A stretch of 64,000 bases of DNA from Candidatus Fimimorpha excrementavium (GTDB lineage Bacteria > Bacillota > Clostridia > Lachnospirales > Lachnospiraceae), in contig DVJD01000089.1 in the NCBI GenBank assembly GCA_018710785.1, positions 6,598 through 70,597 on the forward strand, in the 5' to 3' direction. Every line of letters begins with the position of its first letter. Within the stretch, counting starts at the first letter, position 1. A program made the position numbers and the translations under genes. This document shows positions 1 to 7,786 of this stretch, in pieces. The notes beneath the pieces were generated by a model. That model made no database searches and was not told where the DNA came from. It saw only the letters and a list, made by a program, of their open reading frames with translations.

Positions 1-635
1 TCTATCTGGTTCCCGGATTCTGTCCGGATGCGGAGGGGTTCTCAAAAGAAGATATCAATCGGATGCGGACCGTCGGACCGGCAGAGCTGGCTTTCGCCGG
101 AGTCACCGGATGGCAGCTGGACCGGTTTTACCGCACGAGAAAATACTGCAGCTGCTGCGGGAACCCTCTGAAGCACAGCGAAAAGGAGCGGATGCTGTTT
201 TGTGAGGCCTGTCATCATACGGAGTACCCAAAGATTTCTCCGGCGGTCATCGTCGGCATCCGGAACGGAAACCGGCTGCTTTTGACGAAATATGCCGGAA
301 GGGAATATACCAGATATGCCCTGGTGGCGGGATTCAATGAGATCGGGGAGACCATCGAAGAGACGGTTCGCCGGGAGGTCATGGAGGAAGTGGGGCTTCG
401 CGTGAAAAATCTTCTATATTATAAGAGTCAGCCCTGGTCGTTAAGCGATACGATCCTGTTCGGTTTCTACTGTGATGTGGACGGAGACGATGCCATCCGG
501 CTGGATGAATCGGAATTGTCTGTCGGAGAGTGGGTGGAACGGGAGAATATTCCCGAATATCCCGTGGGATCTGCAGAAATTTCTCTGACGGGTGAGATGA
601 TGATGCAGTTTAAGAGAGGGATGGATCCCAGATAA
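1..635 (+). CDS. nudC: NADH pyrophosphatase / NAD+ diphosphatase (Nudix family); N-terminus lies outside the window
   Basis: The frame is open from nt 3 to the window edge. Zinc ribbon CSCCG...CEAC. Nudix box GFNEIGETIEETVRREVMEEVGL. SQPW motif typical of NudC. Confidence 0.8.
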   Translation, partial: YLVPGFCPDAEGFSKEDINRMRTVGPAELAFAGVTGWQLDRFYRTRKYCSCCGNPLKHSEKERMLFCEACHHTEYPKISPAVIVGIRNGNRLLLTKYAGREYTRYALVAGFNEIGETIEETVRREVMEEVGLRVKNLLYYKSQPWSLSDTILFGFYCDVDGDDAIRLDESELSVGEWVERENIPEYPVGSAEISLTGEMMMQFKRGMDPR

Positions 636-704
636 CCGATACACAGGTGCAAAACGTATGACCCAGTTGTTAGGAAAATGTAAAAAGTAAGTGCATGGAA
701 AAAA

Positions 705-750
705 GGAGCATGGAAATCCGGCCTGACGCCGATTTCTGTGCTCCTTTTTT
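705..750 (+). terminator. Rho-independent terminator after nudC
   Basis: GGAGCA (705-710) pairs with TGCTCC (739-744). Inner GGAAATC/GATTTC pairing, then a TTTTTT run (745-750). Confidence 0.6.
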
Positions 751-991
751 GTGTGAAAAGGATGAAAGGGCGGCCTAAAAGGAAGGAAAATTGTGGAATG
801 TGTGAAAGGGGAAAAGGAAAAAACAGGCAAAGAAACCGTATGAGAGCTAATTTCACATAATGAATGGATTAATTATAAATGAACAAAAGAATCGATATTT
901 TTACGGATTTTTAACGGAATAACGGAAGAAAATTTTCGATTCAGAACATAGAATATGTAGATGAAAAGAAAAACGGAAAGGACAGGGGAAG

Positions 992-1450
992 ATGAAAGAA
1001 TATCATGTATCCGGTGAACTGATGAAGGGTTTCCTTGGGACAATCACGTATGAGACGGTTCTTCCTAAAAACATCAATGAAGTATCCATCCGGGTTTCCT
1101 TTGGAAAAAGAGAGATGGAAACATGCACGGACATGGACCGTCAGCTGTGCCGGGAAGCCTGGATTCAAAATATGGAATCGGAACCCGATGACAGCATCAT
1201 CGACGGACTGATCCGCGGACAGAAGACAGAAATCAATGTGTCCGTATTTCACAATGGAGCCCATCTCGGCTGCGCGCACAGGGATGAGATGACAAAGGAG
1301 ATCATTTTGTCTCCCACCCATGCGTCTCCCGGATTTTCCATATGGAAGCCGGAGGCCGGTGTGCTGAAGGTGGCACTCCATGTGTATCAGGTATTAAATG
1401 ACCATACGCCGTATGAAGTGGAGGTCATGGGAAAGGAGCTGGGAGAATGA
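992..1450 (+). CDS. Hypothetical protein (152 aa), translationally coupled to the downstream PHP-domain gene
   Basis: ORF with an ATGA stop/start overlap at 1447-1450. No motif recognised. Weak purine-rich RBS. Confidence 0.5.
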   Translation: MKEYHVSGELMKGFLGTITYETVLPKNINEVSIRVSFGKREMETCTDMDRQLCREAWIQNMESEPDDSIIDGLIRGQKTEINVSVFHNGAHLGCAHRDEMTKEIILSPTHASPGFSIWKPEAGVLKVALHVYQVLNDHTPYEVEVMGKELGE

Positions 1451-2433
1451 GATATCAGAGAGCAGAACTTCACAACCATTCCGTGGAATCCGACGGCAGT
1501 ATGACGCCCGGTGAACTGATGGAGTGGGCCGAAGAACACAGCTATGAGGTGATTGCGCTGACGGATCACAACACCTGTTCCGGCCACCAGAAGGCCAGAA
1601 AAGCCATTCAGGAGAAGAATCTTTCGGTATCCCTTTTGGAGGGAGTGGAAGTCACCACCTTTTATGGACACATTCTGGCGCTGGGGATGAAGCACATGGT
1701 GGATTTCTCCGATCTGGATCCGGGGGCTCCCGAAGGCTTTCTGAAAAAACTTCGGGCAGAGGGGGCAGCCGCCATCGGACTGGCCCATCCGTTCTGTCTG
1801 GGACGGCCTGTGGCAGCCGGATGCCGATTCGATATGGATATCCATGACTGGGATGCAGTGGATTATATCGAGGTGTTCAACACCAGCGCCGGTACCGGCG
1901 CCAGGGCGGAAATGATCATGGGAAATGAAAAGGCGCTGGATCTGTGGGAAGAAAAAGCGCTGGAGGGCCATCGGCTGGCTGCAGTGACGGGAAAAGATAT
2001 CCACGGAAAACCGGCCGACGCGCCTGTGATGATCACCTATGCGCTGGTGGAGGAAGGAAACGGCGATACTCAGGATCCGGCCCAGGCAGTTCTGGGGGCG
2101 GTTCTGGAGCAGAAAACCATTGTCACCAGAGGTCCTCTGTTTGAGGCAGAGGCGAAAGATGGTATGCTGACCCTTTGCTATGACCAGTCTTCTCCTTACC
2201 TGGATTGGAACAGCCGCTGGAAAGAGACAAAGCCCATCCTGGTGATTCGGGATAATCAGGGGACTGTCATCAAGTATCCGGCGGATTTCAGCCAGAGTTC
2301 CCAGGAGTTTCCGATTAAAAAGGAAGCGGAACGGCTGGTGATCCGCATGTATGATAAGGAGACTGATTTTGCCGATCTCCTGGCTGCCGGAGTGATCGTA
2401 AGGCAGAAAAAAGAACAAAAGGGCACAGAATAA
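1447..2433 (+). CDS. PHP-domain metal-dependent phosphoesterase (CehA/McbA-like)
   Basis: N-terminal HNHSVESDGS...ALTDHNT, i.e. the PHP H-x-H and D-H metal motifs. Later GHILALG and AHPF segments. Confidence 0.75.
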   Translation: MRYQRAELHNHSVESDGSMTPGELMEWAEEHSYEVIALTDHNTCSGHQKARKAIQEKNLSVSLLEGVEVTTFYGHILALGMKHMVDFSDLDPGAPEGFLKKLRAEGAAAIGLAHPFCLGRPVAAGCRFDMDIHDWDAVDYIEVFNTSAGTGARAEMIMGNEKALDLWEEKALEGHRLAAVTGKDIHGKPADAPVMITYALVEEGNGDTQDPAQAVLGAVLEQKTIVTRGPLFEAEAKDGMLTLCYDQSSPYLDWNSRWKETKPILVIRDNQGTVIKYPADFSQSSQEFPIKKEAERLVIRMYDKETDFADLLAAGVIVRQKKEQKGTE

Positions 2434-2455
2434 AGCCCTGGAAAGGATTGCTGCA

Positions 2456-3277
2456 ATGAAGCGTTTATATTATGGACTTGGAAAAAAACGTTTTCTGGAA
2501 TGGATTCTGCTGGCAGTGTTTCTGCTGTTCTTCTACGGACCGCTGATGCACATGCTGACTCTGTCCTTTGCCGGTGAGTATGAATACCCGGATGTAATTC
2601 CGAGAACGTACGGATTCAAGTGGTGGGAGTACATTTTATCCAAGGGGCAGATGGTGGAATCCATCGCCACCTCACTGGTGCTGGCAGTGGTGGTAACGGT
2701 CGTTTCCCTGCTGATCTGCCTGCCGGCGGCTTATGCCATCGCCCGCTATCAGTTTAAGGGAAGAAGCGTGGTTCGCCTGAGCTTCCTTCTGACCAATGCG
2801 TTTCCAAAAATGGGAATCTATACAGCCATGGCGGTCATCTTCTATAAGCTGAACCTGATGGGAACGTTTGTGGGTGTTGTGCTGGTACATATTGTCAATA
2901 CAATGATGTTTATGGTATGGATCCCCAGTGGTTCGTTCCGTACGGTTCATATCCAGCAGGAAGAGAGCGCAAGAGATGTGGGAGCCTCTTCGCTGCGGGT
3001 GTTTTTTAAGATTACCATGCCGATGGCATGGCCTGGGATCGTGGTGGCGTCTCTTTATACATTTCTGGGTTCCATGGAAGAGGCCCAGGGTTCTCTTCTG
3101 ATCGGTCTTCCCAATGTGCATACCATGCCCAGTGAGCTATACGGAGTTATCATGTCATTCCCGGATACGGCAGGCGCCGTGTTTGCGGTGATTCTGCTGA
3201 TTCCGTCCATCCTGCTTCTGATTGTCTTCAGAAAGTACCTGAGTGCGGAAGCGCTTTCCAATGGATTTAAAATGTAA
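2456..3277 (+). CDS. ABC importer permease (PotB/PotC-like binding-protein-dependent family)
   Basis: Six predicted TM segments. EAA-like loop EESARDVGASSLRVFFKITMP. Confidence 0.85.
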   Translation: MKRLYYGLGKKRFLEWILLAVFLLFFYGPLMHMLTLSFAGEYEYPDVIPRTYGFKWWEYILSKGQMVESIATSLVLAVVVTVVSLLICLPAAYAIARYQFKGRSVVRLSFLLTNAFPKMGIYTAMAVIFYKLNLMGTFVGVVLVHIVNTMMFMVWIPSGSFRTVHIQQEESARDVGASSLRVFFKITMPMAWPGIVVASLYTFLGSMEEAQGSLLIGLPNVHTMPSELYGVIMSFPDTAGAVFAVILLIPSILLLIVFRKYLSAEALSNGFKM

Positions 3278-3293
3278 GGATGAGGGAAAAACG

Positions 3294-4262
3294 ATGAGTG
3301 AAAAATTGATTATAAAAGGACTGACAAAAAAATTCAGCAAAACCGAGGGTGTGGAGAATATCAACATCAGCGTTAATGAGCATGAGCTGCTGACACTTCT
3401 CGGACCCAGCGGCTGCGGCAAGACGACCATTCTGCGCGCCATCGGCGGCTTCAACAAAATTGACGCCGGAAAGATTCTCCTGGACGGACAGGAAATCCAG
3501 GATCTTCCGCCGGAGAAGAGGCCCACAGGCATGGTGTTCCAGAGCTACAACCTTTGGCCTCATATGACCGTGTACGAAAACATGGCGTTTGGACTTCAGA
3601 TCAGAAAGCATACCAAAGCGCAGATGAAAGAAGAAATCCACGATATGTTAAAGCTGGTGCGCATGGACGGGACGGAGAAGAAATATCCGGCGCAGCTTTC
3701 CGGCGGACAGCAGCAGAGAATCGCCATCGCAAGGGCATTGGTATTAAAGCCGTCCCTGCTTCTTCTGGACGAGCCGTTTTCCGCTTTGGATGCCAAGATC
3801 AGAGGACAGATGAGAGAAGAACTGAAGCGAATTCAGAGAGAAGCCGGTCTGACCGTCATCTTCGTAACCCACGATCAGGAAGAGGCCATGGCCATCTCCG
3901 ATCGGATCGCTGTCATGCGGAGAGGATTCATGGAGCAGGTGGGAAATCCGGATGAGATCTATGACAATCCGAAGACCCGCTTTGTGGCAGAATTCATCGG
4001 TGAGATGAACTTTGTGGAAGAAGGCGGCGAAAGCTTTGCAGTCCGTCCGGAGGATATCACGCTGACGGTCTGCGCGGATGGTCCGTATCAGATCATCCAG
4101 ATGATGTCTTTGGGACATTACACCCAGGCCATCGTCCAGACACCGGAGAAGAAAGAACTGAAGGTGTTCATGGAAAAGGATGTGGCCAGAAATTATCAAA
4201 CAGGAAACAGAGTCACATGTACCTTTGGAAAGAAACAGAACTTCACGGACTCTGTGGCTTAA
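3294..4262 (+). CDS. ABC importer ATP-binding protein with C-terminal TOBE-like extension (PotA/FbpC type)
   Basis: Walker A GPSGCGKT, signature LSGGQQQR, Walker B LLLLDEP. Start moved to ATG 3294 (MSEKLI), which follows GAGGGAAA. The ORF-track start at 3243 overlaps the upstream permease. Confidence 0.9.
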   Translation: MSEKLIIKGLTKKFSKTEGVENINISVNEHELLTLLGPSGCGKTTILRAIGGFNKIDAGKILLDGQEIQDLPPEKRPTGMVFQSYNLWPHMTVYENMAFGLQIRKHTKAQMKEEIHDMLKLVRMDGTEKKYPAQLSGGQQQRIAIARALVLKPSLLLLDEPFSALDAKIRGQMREELKRIQREAGLTVIFVTHDQEEAMAISDRIAVMRRGFMEQVGNPDEIYDNPKTRFVAEFIGEMNFVEEGGESFAVRPEDITLTVCADGPYQIIQMMSLGHYTQAIVQTPEKKELKVFMEKDVARNYQTGNRVTCTFGKKQNFTDSVA

Positions 4263-4316
4263 TCGGATAGAAACGAAAAATAAAGAATTGCCAAAAAGGC
4301 AGAAAAGGAGAATTGT

Positions 4317-5522
4317 ATGAAAACGAAACTCATGAAAAAACACGGAAAACGAATCGCAGCAGGTGTACTTGGACTGGCACTGATCGGCAGCTCCTCCATC
4401 GGACTGACCGGATGCGGCAGTGAGGCAAACGCCGCTGAAGAAGTACCTACCGTCACCATCTGGAGCAGCGGCGGACAGGAAGTCAGAGAGGCGCTTCAGG
4501 CCATCGCAGATGCCTACAATGCCGACCCGGAATACAATACAAAGGCGAAAGTAGAGATTCAGTTCATCGTTTCCGGAACCAGTGAGCAGAGCCTTCCGGA
4601 TCGTCTGGCAGCCGCTTATAAGGCCGGCGAGACCGATACGGACTTCGACTTGATCGCCCTGGATGACAGCGCCATCGCCAATATCGAGGCACAGACCAGT
4701 GAGGACTTCTTTGACCCGATCGATACCAGCAAGATTCCGAATTATGAAAACCTGACGTTTAAGGATAACATTGTGGGCGATAATTTTATCCCGTACAGAG
4801 GAACTGCCGTATATCTGGCTTATAACTCAGAAACGGTTCAAAATCCGCCGAAGACTGCTGATGAGCTGTATCAGTGGATCAAGGACAACCCGGGAAGATT
4901 CGCTTACTGTGACCCGTCCACAGGAAACTCCGGCTTCTCCTTTGTAGCCAATACCATCTACAATCAGCTGCCGGAAGAAGCTGCCACATCCGATGATACG
5001 AAGTGGGAGACTGAGCATCAGACCGAATGGGACAATGCCTTCAATCTGCTGGCTGAACTGCATCCGAATCTGTATCAGACCGCCGGAAAGGTACAGTATC
5101 CCATGAAAAATGCCGGGTCTTTGGATCTGCTGGCAACCAAGGAAATTGATATGACGCCTGCATTTGTAAATATGGTATTGAGCCAGAAGAGCATGGGCAC
5201 TCTGCCGGACAGCATTAAGCTGACACAGCTGGAAGAGCCATTTCTGGGCGGATTGGCCGGATTTATGATGCCTTCCATCGGTAAGGATAAAGAGGCTGCC
5301 CTGTCTGTCATCGATTACTATCTGAGCTACGAAGCCCAGGCCATCGACTGGAATACCATGTTTGCATCTCCGGTTGTGGATACGTCCAAGCTGGAAAATC
5401 TGGAGCATGAAGACTGGCTGGCAGAGACCGATATGGACAGCATGCGCTACTTCTCCATCGGAACCATCCAGACTGATATTGCACAGCGCTGGACAGAGGA
5501 AATCGGAAGCCTGGCAAAATAA
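4317..5522 (+). CDS. ABC importer substrate-binding lipoprotein
   Basis: Signal peptide plus lipobox LTGCGS. About 400-aa periplasmic-binding-protein-like sequence. RBS AAAAGGAG. Confidence 0.85.
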   Translation: MKTKLMKKHGKRIAAGVLGLALIGSSSIGLTGCGSEANAAEEVPTVTIWSSGGQEVREALQAIADAYNADPEYNTKAKVEIQFIVSGTSEQSLPDRLAAAYKAGETDTDFDLIALDDSAIANIEAQTSEDFFDPIDTSKIPNYENLTFKDNIVGDNFIPYRGTAVYLAYNSETVQNPPKTADELYQWIKDNPGRFAYCDPSTGNSGFSFVANTIYNQLPEEAATSDDTKWETEHQTEWDNAFNLLAELHPNLYQTAGKVQYPMKNAGSLDLLATKEIDMTPAFVNMVLSQKSMGTLPDSIKLTQLEEPFLGGLAGFMMPSIGKDKEAALSVIDYYLSYEAQAIDWNTMFASPVVDTSKLENLEHEDWLAETDMDSMRYFSIGTIQTDIAQRWTEEIGSLAK

Positions 5523-5569
5523 AGCATCCGATCTCGTTTATCAAACGTGTGCAGAAATGAGGAAAAACA

Positions 5570-6415
5570 ATGGAAACAAAGAAGAATAAATGGATTCCCT
5601 ACCTGATGGTGCTCCCTGCTTTTGCAGTGATGATGCTTGTCGTGGTACTGCCCATCTTAAATACGGTGGTGCAGTCCTTCCAGACGGAAAGCGGCAGCTT
5701 TACACTGGCCAATTACCAGTACTTTTTCACCAGTCCGGAGGCCTTTGAGAGTTTGATCTTTACTGTGGTGGAAGCGCTGAGCACCATGATTCTTGCCATC
5801 CTGTTCAGTTTCTTGCTGGCAATGTATCTGCGTTTTTCCAAAAGTAGGATCAGCCGTCTGATCGGAAGATTATACCTGCTTCCCAGATTTATCCCCGGAA
5901 TCGTAGCCGTGTATGCGGTTATGAATATTATCAAGGACGCAGGATTTATCAATCGGTTTATGCAGCTGTTCGGAGTGGTATATAAGCCGGGTCTGCTGTA
6001 TGATATGAAAGGAATCATCCTGTGCAACCTGTGGTTCAACATTCCGTTTTCCGCCATGCTGCTTTCCGCGGCCCTGTCCTCTGTGGCTGACTCCTATGTG
6101 GAGAGCGCAAAGGACGCTGGCTGCGGCTGGTGGAAAATTCTGACAAAGATCATCTGGCCATTGGTGTATAAGGATGTCATCGTGGCAGCCACCTTTATTC
6201 TGATGGGTCAGATCGGCGCCTTTACGATCCCATACCTGACAGGGCCCAATAACCCGAAAATGCTGGGAATTCTCTTGTACCAGCAGGTCAATACCTATCT
6301 GGATTACCAGAGGGCAGCAGCTCTTTCTGTCCTGATGTTTATCATCTGTCTGGGCGGGGCCATCGTCTACATCAAGAGCAACATGAAAGAAGAAGTATGG
6401 GAAAGAGGAAAATAA
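5570..6415 (+). CDS. ABC importer permease (second subunit)
   Basis: Multi-TM protein with EAA-like loop ESAKDAGCGWWKILTKIIWP. Confidence 0.85.
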   Translation: METKKNKWIPYLMVLPAFAVMMLVVVLPILNTVVQSFQTESGSFTLANYQYFFTSPEAFESLIFTVVEALSTMILAILFSFLLAMYLRFSKSRISRLIGRLYLLPRFIPGIVAVYAVMNIIKDAGFINRFMQLFGVVYKPGLLYDMKGIILCNLWFNIPFSAMLLSAALSSVADSYVESAKDAGCGWWKILTKIIWPLVYKDVIVAATFILMGQIGAFTIPYLTGPNNPKMLGILLYQQVNTYLDYQRAAALSVLMFIICLGGAIVYIKSNMKEEVWERGK

Positions 6416-6434
6416 CAGTAAGGAGAAACGCAGT

Positions 6435-7175
6435 ATGGACATGACACAGATTTCAGTTTCAGAGCCGGTTAAAATGGACGGCCCTCACAATTTCCGCGAT
6501 CTGGGCGGTTATCCGGCCAAGGATGGGACCACAAGAAAAGGATGGATCTTCCGTTCGGACGGACTGGGAACGCTTTCCGATGCAGACCGGAACTGGATGA
6601 TGGAACACGGCATCACCTGTGTGCTGGATTTAAGAAGTGAGCGGGAGATGGAACATACGCCGGACAAGCTGAATGAATCCTTTGAATACCATGCCATTCC
6701 CATGTCGGACCGCATGAACTCCAGCGAAAACGGAACGGATCTGCCGGATCGCCTGTCCGATTTATACATCCAGATTCTGGATTGCTATCAGGACAAATTT
6801 CGCAAGATTGCAGAAACATTGGTGAACCGCAAAGGAAAACCGGCTGTTTTTCACTGCGCGGTGGGAAAGGACCGGACAGGAGTGACAGCCATGCTTCTTT
6901 TGGGGCTGGCAGGTGTTCCGGAAGAGGTGATTCTGAAGGATTATACCGTCAGTGAGAATAATATGAAGGAAACGTTTGACAAGCAGAGAGAACTGCTTCG
7001 GCAGGCAGGCTGGAAGGTTCCGGACGGACTGTTCCGCTCTCCCAAGGAGGAGATGGAGCGCACCATCCGCCACCTGAAGGAGACCTGGGGCAGCGCGGAA
7101 GAGTATTTCAAAGACTGCGGTGTTTTGGAGAATGAGCTGTCGGAACTGAAGGGGTATCTGGTGGAGAAGGATTGA
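6435..7175 (+). CDS. Tyrosine-phosphatase-family protein (CX5R active site)
   Basis: NFRDLGGY N-terminal motif and HCAVGKDRTG P-loop. RBS AAGGAG 8 nt upstream. Confidence 0.8.
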   Translation: MDMTQISVSEPVKMDGPHNFRDLGGYPAKDGTTRKGWIFRSDGLGTLSDADRNWMMEHGITCVLDLRSEREMEHTPDKLNESFEYHAIPMSDRMNSSENGTDLPDRLSDLYIQILDCYQDKFRKIAETLVNRKGKPAVFHCAVGKDRTGVTAMLLLGLAGVPEEVILKDYTVSENNMKETFDKQRELLRQAGWKVPDGLFRSPKEEMERTIRHLKETWGSAEEYFKDCGVLENELSELKGYLVEKD

Positions 7176-7213
7176 TAGACAGATAGAGTGTGCGAATGAA
7201 TGGATACCCGGAC

Positions 7214-7365
7214 GGCCATACAGAAGCAGACCATCCCTTGGCGGAGCGCTTTCGCTTATGGAAAACGTAGCGGTACTAAGATTTTTCTGCGCCGAATGCG
7301 GCTGGAAAAATCAAGTACCGACGTTTTCCAAAATCCGCCAGAAGATGGTCTGCTTCTGTATGTCC
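7214..7365 (-). repeat. Long-hairpin repeat, copy A (152 bp)
   Basis: Terminal arms 7214-7235 and 7344-7365 are complementary at 21 of 22 positions. The core closely matches copy C in reverse orientation. Strand is given as the orientation in which the side hairpin reads GCGAAAGC. Confidence 0.8.
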
Positions 7366-7415
7366 TGTGGGTGAGAGGCCATGAGTGAGAGATAGAGATA
7401 ATAGGTGTGACGAGT

Positions 7416-7505
7416 TGACGTTGCTTGATTCTGCGCGCGAATGCGGCTGGAAAAATCAAGTACCGACATTTTCTAAAACCCTCTGGAAGATGGTTTGCTT
7501 CCCTG
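7416..7505 (-). repeat. Long-hairpin repeat, truncated copy B (~90 bp)
   Basis: Carries the apex (GCGAATGCGGCTGG) and one complete arm (GAAAAATCAAGTACCGACATTTTC...GATGGTTTGCTTCC). The opposite arm is shortened by deletions. Confidence 0.6.
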
Positions 7506-7577
7506 CCGCCTGATCACACTAAGCTTTACCATTCTCATCGCCCCTCACCCATTCTTATTTTTAGAAAAACATTCTCA

Positions 7578-7730
7578 GGCCGGAGAGAACGAACCATTTC
7601 CCTGACGGGCTTTGAAAAACGTCGGTACTTGATTTTTCCAGCCGGACACGGTGCAGAAAAATCTTAGTACCGCTACGTTTTTCACGGAGCGAGAGCGTCC
7701 CGACAGGGAAATGGTTCGTTCTCTCCGGCC
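7578..7730 (+). repeat. Long-hairpin repeat, copy C (153 bp); probable bidirectional terminator between the phosphatase gene and thrS
   Basis: Perfect 27-bp terminal stem (7578-7604 with 7704-7730). Conserved core. Side hairpin GCGAGAGC. T-rich runs on both flanks. Confidence 0.85.
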
Positions 7731-7786
7731 GTCCGGTTTTTCATTTTTTCACAGCCCCTTTTACGCTCCGCTGGGGATGAAATCGG

